A DNA stretch of 32,000 nt from Nitratidesulfovibrio vulgaris str. Hildenborough (GCF_000195755.1 NC_002937.3:1260001-1292000); one strand, 5' to 3'; shown: positions 8,138 through 17,325, counted from the stretch's first letter. A program made the numbers and translations. The notes: a model not told the origin generated them from the letters alone.

Positions 8138-8359
8138 GCGTTCATGACGGGTTAAGGAACAACCGTCTCGGTAAGGAATGACAGGCGGTGTGCCGGATTG
8201 CGGGGGGGGAGTGCGCAGCGCGCCCATGCCTCAAGAGTTGGCGCGTCGCCCCCCCCGGAAGGGGCGGCGCATGGCACTCCGCTGATGGCAGCAATGATTC
8301 CGGTGCGGACGAGGTCGCCTCTCCCGGAATGTTCCGCAGGCGTGAGGCGTGGCGCCGGT

Positions 8360-8977
8360 TCAGCTGTCTGCCGGGTTCAAGGTCCCGTTACCATCGGCAA
8401 TCATCACACGGCATTCGATTGCCTCTGTCCCTTGTGTCACGAGTCGGGTCAGGACTGCGTCGCGGTCTTCCGTGTGCCCATGCGACAGGACGGTAGCCTT
8501 TTCGTCTTCGCGCAGGAATGACGCGATGCGTGCGGCTTCGACGATGACGCCGCGTTGCAGCAGCTTGTGTGCCACTGTGTGCAGGACGAGTCCGAAGATG
8601 CGCATCTGGATGCGTCCCCGTTCTTCTGCGGGCTTGTCCGTATCGTTGGTGCCGGTGATGCCGCCCCTCAAGGCGGCTACCGGGCTGTTGCGGCGCATGG
8701 CGATGCCCGCCGCCCCCGGAAGTGCCCCGGCTATGGCAATCCGTCCCCCGTCAGGGACACTTGTCCTGTCGATGTCGTCAATGGGATGTCCGTCGAGAAA
8801 TACGGCATCCACGTGCCGTTCGACGTAGTCAGGGGCAAGCCCCAACTGACCGGTCAGCAGACTGCGAAGTGACGTCCCCGTCGTCACGTCGAGAAATACG
8901 CCTTCCTGCAGGAGAAGGCGCCATAATGTCGATGGTGTCATAATGAGTAATTCTTGGTCGTTTATGGTTCTATTCAT
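8360..8977 (-). CDS. Hypothetical protein with an N-terminal beta-grasp (MoaD/ThiS-like) domain fused to an unknown ~110-aa C-terminal region.
   Basis: VFLDGHPIDDIDRTSVPDGGRIAIAGALPG resembles the C-terminal strand pattern of MoaD/ThiS-type carriers, but the protein continues past it. The start is uncertain: ATG 8977 is preferred, with GTG 9022 and ATG 8941 as alternatives. The gene is divergent from aor. Confidence 0.55.
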   Translation of the reverse strand: MNRTINDQELLIMTPSTLWRLLLQEGVFLDVTTGTSLRSLLTGQLGLAPDYVERHVDAVFLDGHPIDDIDRTSVPDGGRIAIAGALPGAAGIAMRRNSPVAALRGGITGTNDTDKPAEERGRIQMRIFGLVLHTVAHKLLQRGVIVEAARIASFLREDEKATVLSHGHTEDRDAVLTRLVTQGTEAIECRVMIADGNGTLNPADS

Positions 8978-9057
8978 GCAGTAATCTCTTTTATTGGGCT
9001 TTATAAAGAGTGTGAATGACACATAGGCAGCTATAGTGACCTGTAGGGCATTGCACT

Positions 9058-9073
9058 TGGCTTTGACGATGCT
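9058..9073 (+). promoter_or_regulatory. Possible sigma54 -24/-12 element upstream of aor.
   Basis: TGGCTT-TGACG-ATGCT compared with the consensus TGGCAC-N5-TTGCA. The invariant GG and GC are at the correct 10-nt spacing, about 100 nt upstream of the start. No enhancer-binding protein gene is adjacent. Confidence 0.25.
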
Positions 9074-9176
9074 GTCATAGGTAGGTATGTACTAAAATAG
9101 TATAGTGAGCAATATTCGGTGTCGAAAGGCATTGGTTGATGCTGCCACATTTCAGTCTGCAACAGGAGTGTATGTC

Positions 9177-10907
9177 ATGCCGAGGATACTACGTATCAAT
9201 ACAAGGGAGCGTAGCTGGAGGTTCGAAGAACCGGGAAAGTACGCAGGACTTGGGGGGCGCTCTCTCACTTCGCGCCTTGTTCAGGACGAGGTTCCAGCGG
9301 ATACGCATGCGCTGAGCGCAGAGAACAGGATCGTGGCTGCCATCGGCCTGTTGTCCGGCACAGGTGCGGCGAACTCCGGTCGTATTTCCATCGGGGCCAA
9401 GTCGCCTCTCACCGGCGGCATCAAGGAGAGCAACTCCGGCGGTTCGTTCTGCCAGAAGCTTGCCCGACTCGACATTCTCGCCCTCGTGCTTGAAGACAAG
9501 CCCGAACCCAATGCACCTCTGGTCAACATCGTCCTGACGAAGGATGGCGTGCGCTTCGATGAGGCGGGAGACATGGCCGGAAAGGGCACCTATGCCTGCA
9601 TGGATGCCGTATCGGAACGCTACGGCAAGAAGGCTTGCGCCATGCTCATCGGCCCTGCCGGCGAGTCGCTTCTCACCGGCGCCTCCATCCAGTTCTCCGA
9701 CCCGTGGGGACGTCCCGCCCGTGCGGCAGGGCGTGGCGGGCTTGGTGCCGTCATGGGGTCGAAGCGTGTGAAGGCCATCGTAATCGATGACGAAGGCGGT
9801 ACGCGCTTCGGATACGCCGATGAAGCCCGCTTCAAGGCCGCTTCGAAGCGCTGGGCCGAGATCCTGCGCGCCCACCCTGTCACGGGGCAGGGCTTGCCCG
9901 GCTTCGGGACGGCCATCCTCGTGAACATCATCAACGAGGCGGGTGCGTTCCCCACCCAGAACTTCCGTACCGGTCGCTGTGAGCATGCCCCCAAGATCAG
10001 CGGCGAAGTCATGGCCGAGTACATGGAGAAGCGTGGTGGCAAGGTCAAGGAAGGCTGCCACGCCGGGTGCATCATCCAGTGTTCCCAGAACTATGTCGAC
10101 CCGGCTGGCGAGTACATCACCTCCGGTTTCGAATACGAGACGGTGTGGGCCTTCGGGGGCAACTCCCTGATTGCCGACATCGATGACATCGCGCGGCTGG
10201 ACAGGATGTGCGACGACCTCGGTGTCGACACCATCGAGATAGGCAACACCGTTGCCATCGCCATGGACGCGGGCATCATCCCGTGGGGCGACGGCAAGGC
10301 GGCATTGAAGCTGCTTGCCCGCATCGCAGACCCCTCCGACGCCCTCGGCCGCATCATCGGTTCGGGTGTCGGTTTCGCGGCGCAGGCCTTCGGCATCGAC
10401 CGGGTCCCCACCGTGAAGAACCAGTCCATGCCCGCCTACGACCCCCGTGCAGCCAAGGGTGTTGGCGTGACCTATGCCACCACCACCATGGGGGCCGACC
10501 ACACGGCTGGCTACGCCATCTGCCAGAACATGCTCAAGGTCGGCGGTGACGTGAACCCGCTAGGCAAGGAAGGGCAGGTCGAAACCTCGAAGGCCCTGCA
10601 GGTCGCCACGGCTACCGTCGACTCGCTGGGTCTGTGCCTGTTCGTTGCGTTCGCGGTGCTCGACACCCCCGATGCCGTGCAGTGCATCTGCGACATGGTC
10701 TCGGCGCGCCACGGTATAGACTTCACTCCGAACGACTTCATCGCCATCGGTACCGATGTTCTCAAGGTGGAGCAGAAGTTCAATGCCGATGCAGGGTTCA
10801 CTCCCGAAGACGACCAACTGCCCGCGTTCATGAAGCGCGAACCCCTGCCTCCGCACAATGTCGTGTGGGACTTCTCGGTGGAGGAGTTGCAGCAGGCCAA
10901 GGTCTAA
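9177..10907 (+). CDS. aor: Aldehyde:ferredoxin oxidoreductase (tungsten/molybdopterin AOR family).
   Basis: The AOR N-terminal domain (ILRINTRE..., GGRSLTSRL, GAKSPLTGG) and the large C-terminal domain span the full length. I trimmed the start to ATG 9177, which is preceded by AGGAG. The ORF track begins at 9105. Confidence 0.9.
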   Translation: MPRILRINTRERSWRFEEPGKYAGLGGRSLTSRLVQDEVPADTHALSAENRIVAAIGLLSGTGAANSGRISIGAKSPLTGGIKESNSGGSFCQKLARLDILALVLEDKPEPNAPLVNIVLTKDGVRFDEAGDMAGKGTYACMDAVSERYGKKACAMLIGPAGESLLTGASIQFSDPWGRPARAAGRGGLGAVMGSKRVKAIVIDDEGGTRFGYADEARFKAASKRWAEILRAHPVTGQGLPGFGTAILVNIINEAGAFPTQNFRTGRCEHAPKISGEVMAEYMEKRGGKVKEGCHAGCIIQCSQNYVDPAGEYITSGFEYETVWAFGGNSLIADIDDIARLDRMCDDLGVDTIEIGNTVAIAMDAGIIPWGDGKAALKLLARIADPSDALGRIIGSGVGFAAQAFGIDRVPTVKNQSMPAYDPRAAKGVGVTYATTTMGADHTAGYAICQNMLKVGGDVNPLGKEGQVETSKALQVATATVDSLGLCLFVAFAVLDTPDAVQCICDMVSARHGIDFTPNDFIAIGTDVLKVEQKFNADAGFTPEDDQLPAFMKREPLPPHNVVWDFSVEELQQAKV

Positions 10908-10992
10908 AGCTGTACCGGTTGCCGGTGGGGTAGGCTCTCTTGTAGGGCGTGCCGCGGGCAGCAAGGTATGTGCCCTCGTACCGTTGTAATGC

Positions 10993-11024
10993 AAAGGGCC
11001 GAAGCGAAAGCTTCGGCCCTTTTT
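10993..11024. terminator. Bidirectional intrinsic terminator between convergent aor and the moaD-like gene.
   Basis: AAAGGGCCGAAGC, loop GAAA, GCTTCGGCCCTTT. A perfect 13-bp stem has an A-run before it and a T-run after it. Confidence 0.8.
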
Positions 11025-11133
11025 GCTGTCGCGGCCCAGAAGACCACGGCCCGGTGACGTTGCCGGCTTCCCATGGGCGGAGGCGTGGACATTCCCCCCT
11101 TCCCGCGGTCCGGGGGATAGCGACGGTGGATTG

Positions 11134-11358
11134 CTAGCCGCCACCCACGGCAGGGAAGAGGCCAAGCCTGTCGCCGGACTGCAATACCGTCTCCGGCGTG
11201 GCGTGAATGCCGTTGATGAAGACGATCTTGACGTCGTCCGCCGCGATGCCGAGCGCCTGCATCACCCCGGCAACGGTCGTCCCGCCGTCAAGCTGCATAC
11301 GGCCCCCTTCGGGAGTGAAGCGCGAAAGTGTGGCAAAGCATTTGATCTCGATATCCAT
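11134..11358 (-). CDS. MoaD/ThiS-family ubiquitin-like sulfur-carrier protein, 74 aa with a C-terminal GG.
   Basis: Small beta-grasp pattern (MDIEIKCFATL...VFINGIHATPETVLQSGDRLGLFPAVGGG). The ATG at 11358 is preceded by GGGAGAA. It lies 13 nt after the stop of the HD-GYP regulator gene. Confidence 0.8.
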   Translation of the reverse strand: MDIEIKCFATLSRFTPEGGRMQLDGGTTVAGVMQALGIAADDVKIVFINGIHATPETVLQSGDRLGLFPAVGGG

Positions 11359-11371
11359 GGAGTTCTCCCGG

Positions 11372-12463
11372 TCAGGATGCTGTGGAAAGGAAGGCATGAA
11401 GGCGCGGGTTGTCGCTGCGGACAAGGTCAAGGCACACGCCAGCCGCTTGCGGGCAGAAGAGGGTGCCCATGCCGCTTTCGATCTCGCTCATGGCGTAGGA
11501 CAGGGGCAGGGCGGGTCTGTAGGGGCGGTGAGAACAGATGGCCTCAAGCACGTCGGCAACGGCGATGATGCGGGCTTCCGCAAGGATGGCATCTCCACGC
11601 AGACCTGCGGGATAGCCCGAACCGTCGAGCCGTTCATGGTGCTGGAGCACGATGTCGGCTACAGGCGAGGGAAAGGGGATATCGGCAAGAATCTCGTACC
11701 CGAATTGTGGATGCTGTCGCAGGAATGCCATCTCGTGGTGATCGAGCCCTCTTGGTTTGGTCAGAAATTCCGATGGAATGCAAAGTTTGCCGATGTCGTG
11801 CAACGTGGCGGCGACACGCAGCCCGTCCAGTCTTTCCCCTTCGTAGCCCAGCACTTCTCCGATGGTGGTGGCGATGATGGCGACACGGCACTGGTGCGCT
11901 TCGGTGTAGGCGTCCTTGAGGTTGGTGAGCTTGGAGAGAGATTCGACGGTGGCGAAAAGAGTGGTGTGCAGGCGCGACGATGCCGCCTCGAGTTCGGCGG
12001 TGCGCTGGCGCACCATCTGTTCAAGACCGTTGCTGTAGGCCGTGTTCTCGGCGATGAGGGCTGCCCTTTCGAGGGCCCTGCGGATAAGGCGTACGAAGCC
12101 TGCGGTGTCGGCAATGGGTTTCGCGACATAGTCCCATGCCCCGTCACGAAGGGTTCCCACGGCGTCTTCGAGCACACCGGTGCCGGAGACCACGATGACA
12201 GGGACGAGGGGGTCGGCACTGTGCAGGTGGCGCACGACATCGCGCCCGTTCATGTCGGGCATGGCAAGGTCTACCAGAACAAGGTCTGGCGGCGATGTCG
12301 CGAACATGGACAGTCCCTCTGGCCCTGAAGACGCATCCATGACGTAGAAGCCTTCGTCCTCAAGCAGGGCCTTCAGCCCCATGCGGACAGAGGCGTCGTC
12401 ATCAATGATGAGTATGGTGGCGGGGGCGGGCGCAGATTGCATTGTCGCAGGTGGCATGTTCAT
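11372..12463 (-). CDS. Response regulator with a receiver domain and an HD-GYP c-di-GMP phosphodiesterase domain (RpfG-like).
   Basis: Receiver motifs (ILIIDDD, LVLVDLAMPDMNG) plus HD-GYP motifs (HDIGK, HHERLDGSGYPAGL). Confidence 0.88.
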   Translation of the reverse strand: MNMPPATMQSAPAPATILIIDDDASVRMGLKALLEDEGFYVMDASSGPEGLSMFATSPPDLVLVDLAMPDMNGRDVVRHLHSADPLVPVIVVSGTGVLEDAVGTLRDGAWDYVAKPIADTAGFVRLIRRALERAALIAENTAYSNGLEQMVRQRTAELEAASSRLHTTLFATVESLSKLTNLKDAYTEAHQCRVAIIATTIGEVLGYEGERLDGLRVAATLHDIGKLCIPSEFLTKPRGLDHHEMAFLRQHPQFGYEILADIPFPSPVADIVLQHHERLDGSGYPAGLRGDAILAEARIIAVADVLEAICSHRPYRPALPLSYAMSEIESGMGTLFCPQAAGVCLDLVRSDNPRLHAFLSTAS

Positions 12464-12490
12464 ACCTGCAATCTAGCAGTGGATATTGCA

Positions 12491-13390
12491 CTAGGCAAGG
12501 TCACTTGCAGGAATGGCCACACCCCGTAGCCCGACACAGCGTGTCGTAGCCATGACGGGGGTCAGGTGCAACAGTACATCGGTCGAACCGTTGCAATCGA
12601 CCACGAGACGGCATGACAATGTCACGGGATGGCTGTGCTGCATGGCTAGCCCGACCCTTTCAGCCAGCCTCGGTCTGTCATCGGGGTGTACGATGTCGAG
12701 CAGCCCTGCATCGCCCTTGAGCGCTGCGCGTGCGACAATCATCCGGGTTGCGGGGTTCATGTGCCGGAAGCCTCCGGCTGCGTCCGTCTCGAAGACGGGG
12801 ATGGTCAGGCCATTGAAGAGCGCGTTGATTTGCCTGTCGTCACTACGGCGCATGGCATCGAGTTCGTGGACTTCAATGGCGTTGGCGCATTGGCGCAAGA
12901 CCAGCCGCAAGAGGGAAAGGAGCACGGCTGAGACATTGCGGGCGTCACGCGGGTGAACCCCTATGAACATGCCCCGCACGCGCGCTGTCGTGGCCAGCAC
13001 GCACAAGACGAGACGGTGCGTGCCGTTGCGCGAATAGATGGTGATGGGCCGATTCTCCCTGATGGCAAGGGCGAAAAGACCGCTCTCGGTAAGATGCCGT
13101 ACCTCGTCGTCGATGAACGCCTGCTGTGATTCGGGGATGCACAGGGCGGGCATGAAATCGGAAGTGCCTTCGACGACAAGCATGAAGCACGTGGTGGCGA
13201 ACGGAATGAGGTCGCTCAGGCGGGCATGCGTCTCGCTGAGTATCTGTTCCGGCGTCGCCTTGCGGTTCGTCAGGGCCTGGAAGTCGGACAGTTCCGTCGC
13301 CATGTCGAGGATGTCGAGGGTCAGACGTGCCTGGTCCTCAAGATGGCGGATGTGCTCGCCAAGAGGGAGCGATGTCTGATGGTCCGTCAC
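12491..13390 (-). CDS. Sensor-only GAF-like/PAS protein with no recognisable output domain.
   Basis: The N-terminal half is GAF-like. The C-terminal half is PAS-like (PVFETDAAGGFRHMNPA...IVHPDDRP). The likely start is GTG 13390, which overlaps the upstream TGA as GTGA with GGAGG 5 nt upstream. The ORF-track ATG at 13405 is the alternative. Confidence 0.7.
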   Translation of the reverse strand: MTDHQTSLPLGEHIRHLEDQARLTLDILDMATELSDFQALTNRKATPEQILSETHARLSDLIPFATTCFMLVVEGTSDFMPALCIPESQQAFIDDEVRHLTESGLFALAIRENRPITIYSRNGTHRLVLCVLATTARVRGMFIGVHPRDARNVSAVLLSLLRLVLRQCANAIEVHELDAMRRSDDRQINALFNGLTIPVFETDAAGGFRHMNPATRMIVARAALKGDAGLLDIVHPDDRPRLAERVGLAMQHSHPVTLSCRLVVDCNGSTDVLLHLTPVMATTRCVGLRGVAIPASDLA

Positions 13391-14634
13391 AGGGCCTCCA
13401 TGCATTGTAGAAGGTCGCCGACCTGTCTTTCAAGCTGTGCTGCTGCGGTGGCGAAAGCTGTAGGGGCCAGTCCCGTGGCCTGCCAGGTTTCGGCGCTGAG
13501 GCGCGGCATGAGCCGTTCACCGCTGGAGCCCGGGCCGAAGAGATTGGCGAGCGCGTCGGCAGCGGCGAGGATGGCATGGCGCCTTTCGGGGATGTCTGGC
13601 GCGTGCACGGCGCGCTGGTCGTCTACGAGGTAGGGGGGGCAGTTCCAGTGTGTGAGCAGTGCGGCCCCGATTTCTCCGTGGTCGGCCCCGACAATCTCCT
13701 CTTCGATGTCGACGAGACGCACCTGTCGTCTCGCCGCTTCCTGCAACAGGCAGGCGGCATGGTCTGGGAGGTGGATGAAAGTCACCAGCCTGCCGATGTC
13801 ATGCAAAAGCCCGGAGAGGAAGAGCCGGTCGGTCGCCTCCAGTCCCGCGTGGACGGCAAGGATGCGGGCAGCCACGCCACATGCCACCGAATGTTGCCAG
13901 AAGGTTCGCATGTCGACCATGCGCGACGGAATGCCTCGAAACGACCTGATGAGGCATGTGCCGGTGGCGATGACCATGAGTTGCGCGACCCCGATGACGA
14001 TGACGGCGCGGTTGATGTTGTCTACCGGCGAGCGCAGCCCGAAATAGGCACTGTTGGCGAAGCGCAGCAGGCGTGAGGCGAGGTCGGGGTCGTAGCTGAT
14101 GATTTCCGCGGCATCGGCGGCGGTGCTCATGGGGTCGTGAAGGACCTCGGTGAGTCTGTGGAATGTCTCGGGCAGGGTGGCGAGTCTGGTGCCGAGTTCG
14201 AGCAGCGTGGGCCTGTCTACGGGGGGCGGGCACGCACACTGCGCACCCACATGACCCGTTGAGATGTCGGCAGCACCCAAGATGCAGGGCGACCTTTCCT
14301 CAAGGCGTGTGGCAAGTTCTTCAGCCATGACCCGGTTGTGGGGATGCTCGATGTCGCAACCGTGGAAGCGGCGCTTCACCTCGGCCCATGCCGGAGATGG
14401 CATGGAGTGGGGATGTGCCTGCAAGTCTGCCCTTGAGTCCGTGTGGGCAGCCGAAGTGGCTGGCGACCTGTCATCAACGACGACGACCTCTGTGACTCCC
14501 CACATGGCGAGAATGCGCAGAGTGGATTCGGTGACTTCGTGTCCGGCGGGAAAAAGGCGACGCCCGTTGATATCCCGCACGGTCTCGACGAGAACCATGC
14601 CGGGAAGCAGTCTGTTGAGGCTGAGTGTGCGCAT
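13387..14634 (-). CDS. HDOD-domain signalling protein with an additional N-terminal domain.
   Basis: HDOD signature (LPETFHRLTEVLHDP..., LLRFANSAYFGLRSPV, GLLHDIGRLV). I trimmed the start to ATG 14634, preceded by GGAG. The ORF track extends to 14778. Confidence 0.8.
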   Translation of the reverse strand: MRTLSLNRLLPGMVLVETVRDINGRRLFPAGHEVTESTLRILAMWGVTEVVVVDDRSPATSAAHTDSRADLQAHPHSMPSPAWAEVKRRFHGCDIEHPHNRVMAEELATRLEERSPCILGAADISTGHVGAQCACPPPVDRPTLLELGTRLATLPETFHRLTEVLHDPMSTAADAAEIISYDPDLASRLLRFANSAYFGLRSPVDNINRAVIVIGVAQLMVIATGTCLIRSFRGIPSRMVDMRTFWQHSVACGVAARILAVHAGLEATDRLFLSGLLHDIGRLVTFIHLPDHAACLLQEAARRQVRLVDIEEEIVGADHGEIGAALLTHWNCPPYLVDDQRAVHAPDIPERRHAILAAADALANLFGPGSSGERLMPRLSAETWQATGLAPTAFATAAAQLERQVGDLLQCMEAL

Positions 14635-14804
14635 CGTGACTCCGGCGGTCAATCTAGCCGAATGCATGGCCGCGTGGCAACCGGGTTGGGCGCTTCCACT
14701 CCGCGACAAGTTCTGATAACCCCGAAGCCACGACGCCGCACCTCTCGCCAAGGCATGGCGCGGCCATCCGTCCATCACGTCACCAGTGCCCCGCCGGGAG
14801 AATC

Positions 14805-15284
14805 ATGACGCCGAACTATCTGGATATCGCCTTTCTGGCCGTTCTGGGCCTCTTCACGTTGCGCGGGCTCTTCCGTGGTCTTGTGGAGGAGGTCGCCGGA
14901 CTCGTCGGTGTCATCGGCGGCTTCTGGCTTGCCAACAGGCATCACGCCGATGCCGCGGCCTATGTCGGTCGCGTGGTCGAAGACCCCGCATGGGTGGGAG
15001 TGCTCTCCTATGTGGTCGTCTTCCTCGGTGTTCTGCTCGTGGTCTCCATCGTGGCACGCATCATCCGGAAATTGCTGGTACTCTCCTTCGCGGGGTGGCT
15101 TGACCATCTTGCCGGGGGTGCGGTCGGCGTGGCCAAGGGGGTGATCATATGCTCCATCCTGCTGGCGGTGCTGATGCACTTTCTGCCCGACGCCTCTTTC
15201 GTGCGCGACTCGCGCGTCATACCCCATCTCGCCAAGGTGACCTCGTTCATCAAGGGCTATCTCCCTCAACAGATTGTAAACTGA
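14805..15284 (+). CDS. cvpA: CvpA-family membrane protein (colicin V production protein homolog).
   Basis: 159 aa with 4 TM helices and a typical CvpA N-terminus (LDIAFLAVLGLFTLRGLFRGLVEEV). Confidence 0.8.
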   Translation: MTPNYLDIAFLAVLGLFTLRGLFRGLVEEVAGLVGVIGGFWLANRHHADAAAYVGRVVEDPAWVGVLSYVVVFLGVLLVVSIVARIIRKLLVLSFAGWLDHLAGGAVGVAKGVIICSILLAVLMHFLPDASFVRDSRVIPHLAKVTSFIKGYLPQQIVN

Positions 15285-15311
15285 CGCCTTCCGGCGTCCG
15301 GGAATCATCAC

Positions 15312-16115
15312 ATGACCAAGGACAACGCATCCCTCGCCCGTCTCACCGATGTCATCGACCGTCTCCTCGCCCCTGAAGGCTGCCCGTGGGACAAGGAGCA
15401 GACCCCCGAATCGCTTTGCGACTATCTCGTGGAGGAGTGCTTCGAACTGGTGGAGGCCATTCGCAGCGGCAATGCGGACGAAGTGCGCGAAGAGATGGGC
15501 GATGTCATGTTCCTTCTCGCCTTCCTCGGCAGACTCTACGCCGACAAGGGGGCATTCACCCTTGATGACGCCATGGCCAACAACGCCGCGAAGATGATTC
15601 GCCGTCACCCGCATGTGTTTTCGGATACGACCTATGCGGACCGCGATGAGTTCCTCCGTAACTGGGAGAGCATCAAGCGCGCCGAAAAGGCCGATGCCGA
15701 AGGCGAACCGCAAGGCGTGTACGACAGCCTGCCAGCCTCGTTGCCGCCGCTTCTCAAGGCGTACCGTATCCATTCCAAGGCTGCCCGCGTAGGCTTCACA
15801 TGGCCCGAAGACGAGGATGTGGAACGGCAGGTCGAGGCCGAATGGCTTGAACTGCTGGACGTGCTGGCCGGAGACGACAAGGCCGCACAGGAGAACGAAC
15901 TCGGCGACCTCATCTTCTCGCTGGTCGAACTCGGTCGGCGCAAGGGAATCAAGGCCAACACGGCACTGGATATGACCAACCTCAAGTTCCTGCGCCGTTT
16001 CCGCAGGATGGAGGCACTGGCCCGCGAGCGCGGTCTCGATTTTCCCGCGCTGTCCCTCGACGACAAGGACGAGTTGTGGAACGAGGCGAAGGCTGCGGAA
16101 GCGGCAGCGCGGTAG
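15312..16115 (+). CDS. mazG: Nucleoside triphosphate pyrophosphohydrolase MazG.
   Basis: Tandem MazG domains with EExxE motifs (LVEECFELVEAI, EEMGDVMFLL) and CPWDKEQT near the N-terminus. Confidence 0.9.
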   Translation: MTKDNASLARLTDVIDRLLAPEGCPWDKEQTPESLCDYLVEECFELVEAIRSGNADEVREEMGDVMFLLAFLGRLYADKGAFTLDDAMANNAAKMIRRHPHVFSDTTYADRDEFLRNWESIKRAEKADAEGEPQGVYDSLPASLPPLLKAYRIHSKAARVGFTWPEDEDVERQVEAEWLELLDVLAGDDKAAQENELGDLIFSLVELGRRKGIKANTALDMTNLKFLRRFRRMEALARERGLDFPALSLDDKDELWNEAKAAEAAAR

Positions 16116-17056
16116 AACGCCTCGCAGCAACCCTGCTGCGGGCGTTGCGGGAAGGGCTTGAGGTCGACCCCCCGACGTCAGCCTTTCTTGCGTCGCAATT
16201 GGGAGAGGCGTCGGCACAGGCGCTTGCTGATGTGCTGGGCGACCCCTCCCACCCCGACCACGACACCGTGCTTGACTATCTCTGCTCACCCGGCCCGGCG
16301 TTGCGGCATGAGGTGGAGACGATACTGCTCAAGGCGGGCGATGGGGGGGCCTCCTGCCTGCTTGCGGGACAAGTCGTGGACGCCCTGCGAGCTGCGGTGC
16401 CGGGTGTGGATGCTGGCACTTTTGCTGTCGATGTGCGGCTGGACGGGGGCGTGATAGGCTCTGTGTCTCTGTCCGTGGCCGACCTCTCGTCACTGGTCGG
16501 GCGACTTCGCCTCGACGCCGGGCCGGATGCCTCGACGACGCGCGTCATGGCGGCGGTGCTGTCCGGGGAGGCGCTCCTACAGGCGCGGCTGGCAGTACGC
16601 GCCGCACGCATCCCGTGCACGGTGTTCCATGCGGACCTTGTTGCCTCGTTTTTCAGGTGTGTGCCCGTCACGTCGCCCCATGGCGAAGAAGTGCTTCGCC
16701 TCTGGCTGGACATCCTCGAGAATCTTCCGGAGGGCGGCGACCCGGTGGCAGCGGTGCGTCGTCGTCGAGACAGGCTTGTCCGGGCCGCCCGCGAAGCTGA
16801 TGCCTTCTTCGCCCGACTTGCCCGCTACAATATGGAGATGCTCATGATGCAAGGCATGAGCGCACCGGCGATTGATGGCGACGAAGCGAGGCGCCGGGCC
16901 TACCTGCTTGACAGGTTGTGCCTTGCCCTGTTCGGAGTGGTACTTGATGATGAGCGGTCTTTTCAGACCGGAGAGGCCGACCTTGGCGTTCTCGACCTTG
17001 ATGCCGGGCCAGATGCCGTGCCAGATGCCGTGGCGCGGCTGTTCGACGCGGTGTGA
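16076..17056 (+). CDS. Hypothetical Ala/Leu/Asp-rich protein of about 326 aa.
   Basis: A long ORF with host-like composition. The GTG at 16076 is preceded by AAGGA and overlaps the mazG end by 40 nt. TTG 16145 is an alternative start. No domain recognised. Confidence 0.5.
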   Translation: MERGEGCGSGSAVERLAATLLRALREGLEVDPPTSAFLASQLGEASAQALADVLGDPSHPDHDTVLDYLCSPGPALRHEVETILLKAGDGGASCLLAGQVVDALRAAVPGVDAGTFAVDVRLDGGVIGSVSLSVADLSSLVGRLRLDAGPDASTTRVMAAVLSGEALLQARLAVRAARIPCTVFHADLVASFFRCVPVTSPHGEEVLRLWLDILENLPEGGDPVAAVRRRRDRLVRAAREADAFFARLARYNMEMLMMQGMSAPAIDGDEARRRAYLLDRLCLALFGVVLDDERSFQTGEADLGVLDLDAGPDAVPDAVARLFDAV

Positions 17057-17142
17057 GCCGGACTTTTCGCGAGGCCCGGCGCCGTGGCTGAAGGCTGCGG
17101 CGGATGCCCCGCCACCGTTCCATCCCCGTGGAGGTGCGTACC

Positions 17143-17325
17143 ATGTTCGTTACAGCGAGTGATGCCGCAGCCCGTATCTGTCCGCTTCTGCCGCCCGTGG
17201 CGGACAAGCCTGCTCCATGTCAGGGCAGCGCATGCATGATGTGGCGTTTCAGGTATCCCGAGCGTCGTTCCGTGGACGACACCGGCTACTGCGGACTCGC
17301 CGGCAAGCCTGCCGGGGCGATGTGA
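17143..17325 (+). CDS. Candidate small 60-aa protein containing four cysteines.
   Basis: The ATG at 17143 is preceded by GGAGG and an 8-nt spacer. The sequence contains ICPLL, PCQGSACMMWRF and GYCGLAG. It is short and unverified. Confidence 0.35.
   Translation: MFVTASDAAARICPLLPPVADKPAPCQGSACMMWRFRYPERRSVDDTGYCGLAGKPAGAM

Noticed and set aside
14675-14690. A sigma54-like sequence, TGGCAA-CCGGG-TTGGG, upstream of cvpA.
   Set aside because: The invariant -12 GC dinucleotide is replaced by GG, so it does not meet the minimal GG-N10-GC rule.
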